Below, one piece after another: positions 18,341 through 26,400 of a stretch of 33,713 nucleotides of DNA. Both the position numbers and the translations under genes were made by a program. The DNA is from Candidatus Peregrinibacteria bacterium (GTDB lineage: Bacteria > Patescibacteriota > Gracilibacteria > UM-FILTER-43-11), in the NCBI GenBank assembly GCA_030618315.1, contig JAUXDO010000002.1:1-33713 (forward strand), given 5' to 3'. Below the pieces are notes generated by a model. It saw nothing but the letters and a program-made list of their open reading frames with translations, was not told the DNA's origin and searched no databases. Every line of letters begins with the position of its first letter. The stretch's first letter is position 1.

Positions 18341-18438
18341 AAAATTAAAGATTGAAGATTGAAAATTCATGTAGTAATAAGACATAGTATAATTTAGAAT
18401 AATCTTGAATCTTGAATCTTCAATTTTTAATTTTTAAT
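18341..18438. repeat. AT-rich inverted repeat made of 7-nt tandem units downstream of miaB (possible terminator)
   Basis: AAAATTAAAGATTGAAGATT (18341-18360) pairs 19/20 with AATCTTCAATTTTTAATTTT (18415-18434). The right arm reads AATCTTG AATCTTG AATCTTC AATTTTT AATTTTT. Confidence 0.6.
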
Positions 18439-18440
18439 AT

Positions 18441-18590
18441 AAAATAAGTTATCTGTTTTTACAAAAAATGAAGCAAAATAAGTTATCTGTGCTTGTTGCA
18501 TTTATGGCTAAGATAAGTAGTTACTTGTATTTTAATTTTATATATGATATAATTAAAATGTAAATTTTTGCATCAAAATAAGTTATCTAT
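18441..18590 (+). repeat. three direct copies of AAAATAAGTTATCT(G/A)T upstream of and overlapping the fic start region
   Basis: Copies at 18441-18456, 18475-18490 and 18575-18590. A degenerate AAGATAAGTAGTTACTT lies at about 18509-18525. Confidence 0.75.
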
Positions 18591-18594
18591 ATTA

Positions 18595-19506
18595 ATGAAA
18601 TATATCGATAGAAAAGTTATCAAAGGGAAGGCTCAGTATTATCTTCAGTATCAAGGATATTCAAAATATATTGGTTCATTCCTGCCTGTCAGCCTAAAAG
18701 ATGAACTTTTAGATTTTTTTATTGAGTTATCTGAAGAAGAAAATGATAACCTCCCTAAAAATATAAAAAATGAATTTAAATATGGTGGCTTAGATAAATT
18801 AGAAAAATTACATTATTTTCATATTGCCCTGAATCATGACCTTCTAAAAAAGGAACATGACATCTTTTATAATGAATTCATAAAATTATATACTTACCAC
18901 TCAAACAGGTCAGAAGGATCAAGGACAACAAAAAAGGATATCGATAAATTTGTTTCAAAGAATATAAGAGTTCCGAAAACCAAAACTGATCAGGAAATTT
19001 TTAATTCATTTTTAGCGTTTGATTTCGCATTATCCGATGAAATGAAATGGAATATGAAATCCATAAAGCATATTCATTCTCTTTTGCTAGATGGCATTGA
19101 CCCAATGATAGCGGGAAAATGGAAGACTGAAGATAATGTCGCTCCCAATAGTCAACCGACATCCAGCTATAAAAATGTACAAAATGATATAAAGAATCTT
19201 ATAAAATGGCTAAAAAATGAATCCAGAAAAAAAACATATCCTCCAAAAATTGCCATTCAATTTTATGTAAAATTTGAGCATATTCACCCGTTTTTAGATG
19301 GAAATGGCAGGGTTGGCAGGATTTTACTTAATGCAATCCTCCATAAATTCAATTATCCACCTATTATATTTTTTAGCACAAATCATCAGCAACACTGCAC
19401 AGCTATGACATCTGCCATTAATGGCAGATGTGGAGGAATTAATAAACATTTTTTACAACAAGTTAAGAAAACAAATGATTCCTTATTTGCTAAAATTTTG
19501 CCATAA
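18595..19506 (+). CDS. Fic family protein (class II, intramolecular inhibitory motif)
   Basis: Fic core motif HPFLDGNGRVGR. The upstream SNRSEG matches the inhibitory [S/T]xxxE[G/N] motif. The ORF track starts at TTG 18568; I prefer ATG 18595 because the TTG extension is made of an upstream repeat copy. Confidence 0.85.
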   Translation: MKYIDRKVIKGKAQYYLQYQGYSKYIGSFLPVSLKDELLDFFIELSEEENDNLPKNIKNEFKYGGLDKLEKLHYFHIALNHDLLKKEHDIFYNEFIKLYTYHSNRSEGSRTTKKDIDKFVSKNIRVPKTKTDQEIFNSFLAFDFALSDEMKWNMKSIKHIHSLLLDGIDPMIAGKWKTEDNVAPNSQPTSSYKNVQNDIKNLIKWLKNESRKKTYPPKIAIQFYVKFEHIHPFLDGNGRVGRILLNAILHKFNYPPIIFFSTNHQQHCTAMTSAINGRCGGINKHFLQQVKKTNDSLFAKILP

Positions 19507-19527
19507 TAATTACTGTATAAAATACAT

Positions 19528-20622
19528 ATGAAGATAGCAATAGTAACAGACTGGCTTACGAATTATGGTGGCGCGGAAAGCGTTATATCAGCTTTTCATG
19601 ATCTTTTTCCGGAAGCACCGATATACACGACAATGTACAGACCAAAGAACATGAGGGAACTTGGAAAATTAAAAAATGTTAAGACGACATGGCTTGATAA
19701 AATTCCGACATCTAAGCATCAGTATCTGCTTAGCTTGATGCCGACAGCGGTAGAAATGATGGATTTGGATGAATATGATATTGTACTTAGCAGTTGTCAC
19801 AGTGTAAGCAAGGGGGTGATTACAAAGCCAAACACATTGCATATCAGCTATTGTCATACGCCTATGAGATATGCATGGGAAAGTTGGGATTTTGAAACAA
19901 GGCTGAAAAAATTCCCATCAATTTTTCATCCAATGATACGCAAGCAGATTGGGAAAATCAGAGAGTGGGATTATTGTGCGGCGCAGAGAGTTGATAAATA
20001 CATTGCAAACTCATCACATATCGGTAAACAGATTAAAAAGCATTATAAAAGAGATTCTGATGTAATTTACCCACCAGTTCATACCGAAAAATTTACTCCG
20101 GCTACCAATCCAACAGAAGATTTTTATTTAGCGGTTGGCAGACTTATTCCTTATAAGAAATTCGATTTAATTGCAGAAACTTTCAACAAATTAAAAAAGA
20201 AATTAAAGATAGTCGGAACAGGTCCTCAATATGACAAAATTAAAAGCATGGAAAGTGAATATGTGGAAGTTTTGGGCTATGTAAGTGATGGAAAACTGAC
20301 TCATTTGTACCAAAATTGTAAAGCATTCTTATTTCCGCAATTGGAGGATGCAGGCATTGTGCCACTTGAGGCAATGTCGGCTGGCAGACCCGTTATTGCG
20401 TTAGACAGAGGTGGTAGTTTGGATACTATGATAGACGGCAAAACGGGTGTTCTTTTTTCTGAGCAAACAGTTGATAGCTTATCGGATGCGATTAGCAGAT
20501 TTGAAAAGATGAAATTTGATTCAAAATTTATCCGAAAACATGCTGAGGAGTTTGATGTGGAGATTTTTAAAACCAAAATCCGGGATTATATTCAGGAAGA
20601 GTGGGAGAGGTTTAATAAATAA
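19528..20622 (+). CDS. glycosyltransferase family 4 (GT-B, retaining)
   Basis: C-terminal EDAGIVPLEAMSAGRPVIALDRGGSLDTMIDGKTGVLF contains the EX7E motif and nucleotide-sugar-binding pattern typical of GT4. Confidence 0.85.
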   Translation: MKIAIVTDWLTNYGGAESVISAFHDLFPEAPIYTTMYRPKNMRELGKLKNVKTTWLDKIPTSKHQYLLSLMPTAVEMMDLDEYDIVLSSCHSVSKGVITKPNTLHISYCHTPMRYAWESWDFETRLKKFPSIFHPMIRKQIGKIREWDYCAAQRVDKYIANSSHIGKQIKKHYKRDSDVIYPPVHTEKFTPATNPTEDFYLAVGRLIPYKKFDLIAETFNKLKKKLKIVGTGPQYDKIKSMESEYVEVLGYVSDGKLTHLYQNCKAFLFPQLEDAGIVPLEAMSAGRPVIALDRGGSLDTMIDGKTGVLFSEQTVDSLSDAISRFEKMKFDSKFIRKHAEEFDVEIFKTKIRDYIQEEWERFNK

Positions 20623-20824
20623 TACTGCTTCGCGTGGGGCAGGCTATCGCCGTTGGGCTGCGAGATTACTCGCGTAGGGCTGGGCTATCGCCCGTGGTTC
20701 TATTTTATTATGGGTGGATACTTTTAATAAACCTGTCAAAATAAAATAGAACCACGTCCTGTAATCAGGATAGCCCTACGTTTGTACTCAAACAGCCCCA
20801 CGTCGCTACTGCGACAGCCCTACA
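20620..20824 (+). repeat. GC-rich dyad-symmetric intercistronic element, copy A (REP/BIME-like)
   Basis: Fills the whole gap from the TAA stop of the GT4 gene to the next ATG. It has four GT(G/T/A)GGNC heads, an AT-rich centre and four inverted heads, with mini-hairpins between them. It shares 18-19-nt exact runs with the reverse complement of 29726-29946. Confidence 0.85.
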
Positions 20825-21109
20825 ATGAAATGGAACGTTATGACAAAAGAACAATCAATCAAAGAACTAAAGACAATTCCCTCAATCGGCAAAGCTCTTG
20901 CAGAGGATTTGTATAATATTGGAATCAAAAAAATATCAGATTTAAAAAATAAAGACCCTGAAGAATTGTATTTCAAGTCCTGTGCATATGACAATCAGCA
21001 ACTTTGCCGTTGTGTTTTATATACTTATAGATGTGCGATTTATTTTGCCTCCACAAAAAACCCCAATCCGGAAAAATTGAGGTGGAATTATTGGAAAGAT
21101 AACGCTTAA
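20825..21109 (+). CDS. helix-hairpin-helix domain protein (Cdd1 / 'pathogenicity locus'-like)
   Basis: LKTIPSIGKALAEDLYNIGIKKISDLKNKDPEELY is an HhH-like motif, followed by a Cys-containing block (CRCVLYTYRCAIYF) as in the small Cdd1-like family. This call rests on my recollection of that family. Confidence 0.5.
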   Translation: MKWNVMTKEQSIKELKTIPSIGKALAEDLYNIGIKKISDLKNKDPEELYFKSCAYDNQQLCRCVLYTYRCAIYFASTKNPNPEKLRWNYWKDNA

Positions 21110-21135
21110 ATGCGAATTTTAAATTTTAAATTTTC

Positions 21136-21969
21136 ATGAAAACATTAGGTTTAGCACTTGGTGGCGGAGGAGCAAGAGGATGTTTCCACATTGGTGCAAT
21201 TAAGGCTTTGGATGAGGCCAATATCACAATAAATTACATCGCAGGCACGTCTATCGGAGCATTTATTGGAGGTATTTATGTAGCTGGAGATATTCATGAA
21301 CTTGAAAACTATCTTATAAAAATTAAATGGAGAGATGTTCTTAAGCACTTTGATCCAGTTCTTCCAAGAAATGGTTTATTTGGAGGTAAGAAAGTAATGA
21401 AACTCATAAAATCTCTTTTACACTATGATAATTTTAAGAAAACTAAGATTCCATTTATTGCTGTTACTACAAATCTTGCCAATGGCAAAGAGGTTCATTT
21501 GTCTAAAGGAAAAATTTCAGATGCAATTAGGGCCAGTATTGCGATACCGGGGATTATAACTCCTTTTAAAAAAGGAAAACAGTATTTTGTTGACGGTGGT
21601 GTTGTGAATCCTCTTCCTATTAATGTGGTTCAAAAAATGGGCGCAGATATTGTCATTGCGATTGACCTGAATCATTATTTTATCAGAGAAGAGCTTAACA
21701 AAAGATATAAAACACCTAAAGGTACACTATCAAAAATTTTCGGTTCAAGCTGGCCTAATATTACTAATGTTCTGGAAAACTCATTTTTCTTAATGGAAGA
21801 TAAGCTCGCTGAAAAAAATCTTGAAATTTATAAAGCAGATATATTAGTTAGACCGATGTTGAGGCCCACAAGCATATTCGACTTTCATCATGCAAAACAA
21901 TTAATTGATGAAGGTTACGAGGTTACAAAAAAACAGATACTTGCAATTAAAAAACTCTTAAATACTTAG
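21136..21969 (+). CDS. patatin-like phospholipase (RssA-like)
   Basis: Oxyanion-hole GGGGARG, nucleophile elbow GTSIG (GxSxG) and catalytic Asp in VDGGVVNPLP. Confidence 0.85.
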   Translation: MKTLGLALGGGGARGCFHIGAIKALDEANITINYIAGTSIGAFIGGIYVAGDIHELENYLIKIKWRDVLKHFDPVLPRNGLFGGKKVMKLIKSLLHYDNFKKTKIPFIAVTTNLANGKEVHLSKGKISDAIRASIAIPGIITPFKKGKQYFVDGGVVNPLPINVVQKMGADIVIAIDLNHYFIREELNKRYKTPKGTLSKIFGSSWPNITNVLENSFFLMEDKLAEKNLEIYKADILVRPMLRPTSIFDFHHAKQLIDEGYEVTKKQILAIKKLLNT

Positions 21970-22647
21970 CTTCTTTTTACTCTTAGTTATCATCGGTTCT
22001 TTACCGTAATAAGGCTCGATTAAGTTGTAGGTTGTATGGTTTACGTTGAAAGCTTTTTTAACTACCCGCGCCCATGTTTCTTCAGGAGATAGCACGTCGG
22101 TGATTTGTGTAAAAGTGGATGGGAGTTTTGATAAATGGTCTTCTGAAAGCTCACCTAACCACATTTTTTTACCTGACAATTCCTCAATTGGAATAATCTG
22201 AGGTTTAATTTCGATTTTCGACTTGCCTGCCGGTAGGTAAGGTTTTCGATTTTCGATTTTCGAAATATAAACTTCCACTTTATTCATGCTTTGCAAATAT
22301 ACAAAATCAGACTCATCTGTTCTATATCTCCCCCATTCGTCTGTTTTTAGGCCGATAATTGGGATTTTGAGCTGATGTGCAAATTGATTTGCAACAGCTA
22401 TTCCGACGCGAAGTCCTGTAAAACTACCGGGGCCCTTTATTACAAAAATTCCTTTGAGATCGGTAAGTTCGATATCAGCTTTTTTAATTAGCTCATCAAT
22501 GATTATCAAAATTGTTTCGGAGGCATTAAGTGGATTAAGCTTCGAGTATCCCAGAAGGCGCGATTGGCCAATCGCGCCTTCTGGGGAGTGATTATCAACC
22601 AATGTTATACCTGCTTCCGATGTTGTTGTATCGATACATAAATACAT
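21958..22647 (-). CDS. tsaB: tRNA threonylcarbamoyladenosine (t6A) biosynthesis protein TsaB
   Basis: N-terminal CIDTTTSE and the GPGSFTGLRVGIAVAN signature of YeaZ/TsaB. It contains two unusual palindromic/repeat insert-like segments (see findings). Confidence 0.85.
   Translation of the reverse strand: MYLCIDTTTSEAGITLVDNHSPEGAIGQSRLLGYSKLNPLNASETILIIIDELIKKADIELTDLKGIFVIKGPGSFTGLRVGIAVANQFAHQLKIPIIGLKTDEWGRYRTDESDFVYLQSMNKVEVYISKIENRKPYLPAGKSKIEIKPQIIPIEELSGKKMWLGELSEDHLSKLPSTFTQITDVLSPEETWARVVKKAFNVNHTTYNLIEPYYGKEPMITKSKKKLSI
22208..22266. repeat. heptamer (TTTTCGA) tandem repeats flanking a 20-bp near-palindrome inside tsaB
   Basis: ATTTCGA TTTTCGA [CTTGCCTGCCGGTAGGTAAGG] TTTTCGA TTTTCGA TTTTCGA. 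The centre is palindromic about CCGG with two G:T positions. Confidence 0.7.
22550..22585. repeat. perfect 36-bp GC-rich palindrome inside the tsaB coding sequence
   Basis: CCCAGAAGGCGCGATTGG|CCAATCGCGCCTTCTGGG is an exact reverse-complement pair of 18+18 nt with no spacer. It is 12 codons long and in frame (SPEGAIGQSRLLG). Confidence 0.9.
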
Positions 22648-22659
22648 GTTGAAAATCGA

Positions 22660-22750
22660 ATTGTTGGACTGTTGTGGAACTATTGTAGGACAAATCGATT
22701 AGTTCAACAATACGTCCTCCAACTAGTCCAACCATCAGTCCTCCTATTCG
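22660..22750. repeat. 11-12-bp-periodic dyad repeat array (GTNGGAC x3 / GTYCNNC x4) in the tsaB divergent intergenic region
   Basis: GTTGGAC 22663, GTGGAAC 22674, GTAGGAC 22685, centre AAATCGATTA. Then GTTCAAC 22702, GTCCTCC 22714, GTCCAAC 22726, GTCCTCC 22738. The arms are imperfectly complementary. Confidence 0.75.
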
Positions 22751-22824
22751 TTATTGACTTATTTCGTCTGTTATCTTACATTATTCCTCTAAAGAACTCC
22801 TCCTATTTTTTTAATTAATATAAA

Positions 22825-23076
22825 ATGTCCAAAATATTAGAAATAAAAACAATAGCTGAAGAAGTTGAAGAAAAATTTATAACATTTGAAGATTTAAGTG
22901 AAATCTGTGACAATGCTGATGGAAATTTTGATCCAATAACTATATTTAATGAGCTTTGTGGCCTGAGCGAGAGTCAGCTTAAGAGGCTAAGCAATCATGA
23001 TGATGGTATTAAAGGGTTTATTGCAGATAATTTGGTGGCGAGGGAAGTTATAAGACGGACTACTGAATACACTTAA
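22825..23076 (+). CDS. hypothetical protein (83 aa)
   Basis: ORF only; no family recognised. Confidence 0.45.
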   Translation: MSKILEIKTIAEEVEEKFITFEDLSEICDNADGNFDPITIFNELCGLSESQLKRLSNHDDGIKGFIADNLVAREVIRRTTEYT

Positions 23077-23093
23077 TAAATAAATTAATTTAT

Positions 23094-23465
23094 ATGAGAC
23101 CGGATATCGAATTAACAAAAAAATACGGTCTTGATGATGAGCAATTCGACGCAATGTGTGGCATGTGTCATATGCTACCAAGACCGGTCATTTGGAGATT
23201 CAGAAAACATACACCAAAAGAAATTCGGGACTTGGTGGAAATTTGTGCTGATAAATTTATTAAAGATACCAGAAGTTTGGTTAGGGCTTTAAATGAAAGA
23301 TGGAAAAATCCTGAATTATTGGATGTAATAAATGACTATATGGCACGTATTATGAAAAATGCCGAACATAAAGATAGCATAATAGAAAAAAAACTTCGTG
23401 AAGAAAGTTTGCATGCTACTCAAAATTCAACTTCTCAATCTGAACTCCCTGATAATAGTATTTAA
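23094..23465 (+). CDS. hypothetical protein (123 aa)
   Basis: ORF 17 nt after the previous one. Its 3' end overlaps the convergent hydrolase gene by 50 nt. No family recognised. Confidence 0.45.
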   Translation: MRPDIELTKKYGLDDEQFDAMCGMCHMLPRPVIWRFRKHTPKEIRDLVEICADKFIKDTRSLVRALNERWKNPELLDVINDYMARIMKNAEHKDSIIEKKLREESLHATQNSTSQSELPDNSI

Positions 23466-26400
23466 TGATTTCATCGTAAGACTTACCCTCGTTGGCCTGT
23501 GATGTAGCGCCAAATCCACTGAGCCCGACTCCGTGGCCTCTTTTTACGCGACCTTCACACCATGGATCGGAAACTGATATTAGATAAGGAGTATGCGTCC
23601 AGCCCCAGACTTCCTGTGCGGAGTATGTTCGACCATCACTTTGGTTAAAGTATGGAGTTTTTATGAGCTCACCCTGATAAGTGACTACTTCATCTTTAGT
23701 AATTGCTGCTGCGCCGACGAAGTTTGGTGTTCTGGATTCCACGCCATAACCTAAATATCTTTGGAATATTGCAGGGTCATCACTGCCATCGTATGGTAAT
23801 CCTGGGAATTTGCGATTATCATCCGACATGTAGAAACGTGCGTATGACCTTGCGAGTATTGCGATAACTTTCTGTTTTTCAAAAGGTGCGTCATTGGATA
23901 CTTCTGCAAGACCCTTTATATAGTCTTCCATATAAAGTTCGTTGATGTATGCGACTTGTTCATTAATAACTCTGATTTCAAGGGCTCCTCTAAAACGATT
24001 GTCATTTAAATCCCTATTCCAGGCAGGTCTGTGTTCCCAACTTGTGATTTTAACAATTCCGCCTTCATCGGGGATAAATCTGATAACAGCATCACTTCTT
24101 ACAACACTACCTACCTGAACGTGCATATTATTTCCTGCCTGCCGAACTGCGACCGTATTGCCTGATGCTACAGAAAATAATTCATTATTATTACCATCAA
24201 CTACTTTAAAGTTCTTATTTGCAGATATAGTTGAATCCGCATCTGAATAAGAGAGTCTTACTCTGAACGGTCTATCGGAAATTGCTGAAGATGTGGTGGT
24301 TGTATCTGCCGATACAGTAGGTATGACGGGGGTTGTAGTTGCTATGCTCTTTGTAATAATTGTGGCACGTTCTTGGTTTAGACTTGCATCAGAGGTTGAG
24401 CTGGAACTGCTTCTGACTGTGTCTCCGGATACTTTAAATGTCCATCTGGCATTACCACCAACAACCCAGCCAACGTATTCCAAAACCAATTGAAATCCTT
24501 CTCCGTATATTCCTCTGGTGTAATTACGCACTTTAAATGTGAATGAACCGATTTCTCCCGGAGCAACTGTGTCTTCATTTAGATAAGCTGGCCTATATTT
24601 GTTTTCCCAGCCACCTGAAAAATAGAACTGACTTAGGCGGTCGCGTGGATTTGCATTGCCGAGATGAACGGCGTTTAATCCTTTTTTATTCCAAACCACA
24701 TTCCCTGTGTTTTTAAATTTCACAGTTATTTCTTTTTCCTGTCCTGGTTGCATATTTACATATGCATCACCCTGATCGATTAACTGAGCGCGCAAACCTG
24801 GTTGCGGGACTCTTATTACATAACGGGCTACACCACCTCTTATTGGGATTTTGTTAAATTTTGCACGCAGGAAAATGCTATGATACCCCTCTTCATATGG
24901 TGCTTGAACCCAAAAACTGAAATTTACTATTTTACCTGGTCCGACAGGCTCGGTTGGAACTAATTTGTTTTTAAAAACTTTTATTCCACGACCAAGTAAT
25001 GTCATTTGCATATTATCCGGATACCATGTTAAATCACCACGATTTTCCAGAGAAAGTTCAACTCTTTTCATTTCTCCTGGCTTTAATTCGTTGACTGTAT
25101 TTAGCTTTGTAACTCTTGCCAGATGTACTGGTTCTTTAACAGTTACCTTAAAACCAAGGGCTGTATCCTGAAGCCATTTAACCCTCTCAACAACTGGTAT
25201 AAATTGTTCAACAGCTATTCCTGTTTTTCCGATTGGCACTTCTAATTCAATAACAAAACGACCTGTCTCCCCTGGTTTGACTTCACTTTCAAGCAGGTAT
25301 CCTATTCTGGATGGATTTTGCTCAATAAAAATACTTTTTCTATCTTTTGGTCCTGATGTTCCAAGTGTAATTTGATTATCACCATAGTTTTTCCACACAA
25401 TATTTCCTTTATTTTTAAGTTCAATCCAGGCATTTATTTTCTGCCCTTGAAAAACTGTTCCGGATGGCAGATTTCTATTTATAACTTCATAATCAAAATT
25501 AGGTTCAGCTACTGTAAAGCCAATATCTACTGAAGATTTTGATACTTTATAGCGACCATTTACTACCGGTGCCACTTCAAATATATATTTACCAGGCTGG
25601 TATCCACCTTCTATCTGGACTGTGAATGTTCCAATTCTTCCCGGTGCAACAGAGCGTTCTTTCATGTCTGCGGCAACAAATGCTTTATCTGCAATTACCG
25701 GAACTATGCGAGCATTTGGATCGTTATTTAGTGCCACATGAAGCCATGTATTGCTATCCCAGGTTTTTTTACCAGTATTTTTAAATTGTAATTTTATTTC
25801 CTTTCGTTCATTTGGTTCAAGTAACACATTTCTATAATCGACTAAAGATTGTGCATTATAATCCAGATTTTCGGCTTGCAAACTCCCTTCGCTAAATGAT
25901 CCACTTCTGATTGATAAAGCTGCACGCTCTCTGATTTTAGAAAGCAATTTATATAGCACATCACCTGGGCACGATGTTGCGCCAACATCTCTGTGTCCAA
26001 TAACATTTGGTAATGTCTTGCCTCTTATACTTGATGATCCATTTGGGTCGATTCCGTGAACTCTTGCCCTGCTTGCAATTAAAGAAATCAAAGCCTGCTG
26101 AACGGGTTCCGGCACTGGCGTGTTTTGATAATTTCCAATAATTGAGATGCCTATTGTACCGTTATTGTAACAAAGAGCATGAGCACCAATTACATTATCT
26201 CCGCCATATCTGCCTTCATATATGTTCCCAAGTGGATCGATTAGGTAATTGTAGCCGATATCTCCCCACCCGCGTGAAACAGTGTGATAATGATAAATTG
26301 CACGAACTATCGCCTGATAATCACGATTATCCATTTTGGAATCACCATTAATATCTCTTATTTCAGAATCTGTATGATGTATTACAAATTTTCGAACCTT

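Noticed and set aside
18468-18563. 31-codon ORF upstream of fic, considered as a FicA/VbhA-type antitoxin.
   Set aside because: It lacks the [S/T]xxxE[G/N] inhibitory motif, which is instead present within the Fic protein itself (SNRSEG). This makes it a class II arrangement that needs no separate antitoxin. The ORF is kept only as part of the repeat observation.
20825-21969. HhH protein plus patatin-like phospholipase, considered as a CBASS-like or other anti-phage effector pair.
   Set aside because: No cyclase/nucleotidyltransferase, sensor or other defence partner is present. The patatin protein is a plain RssA-like single-domain enzyme, and the flanking genes are housekeeping (GT4, tsaB).
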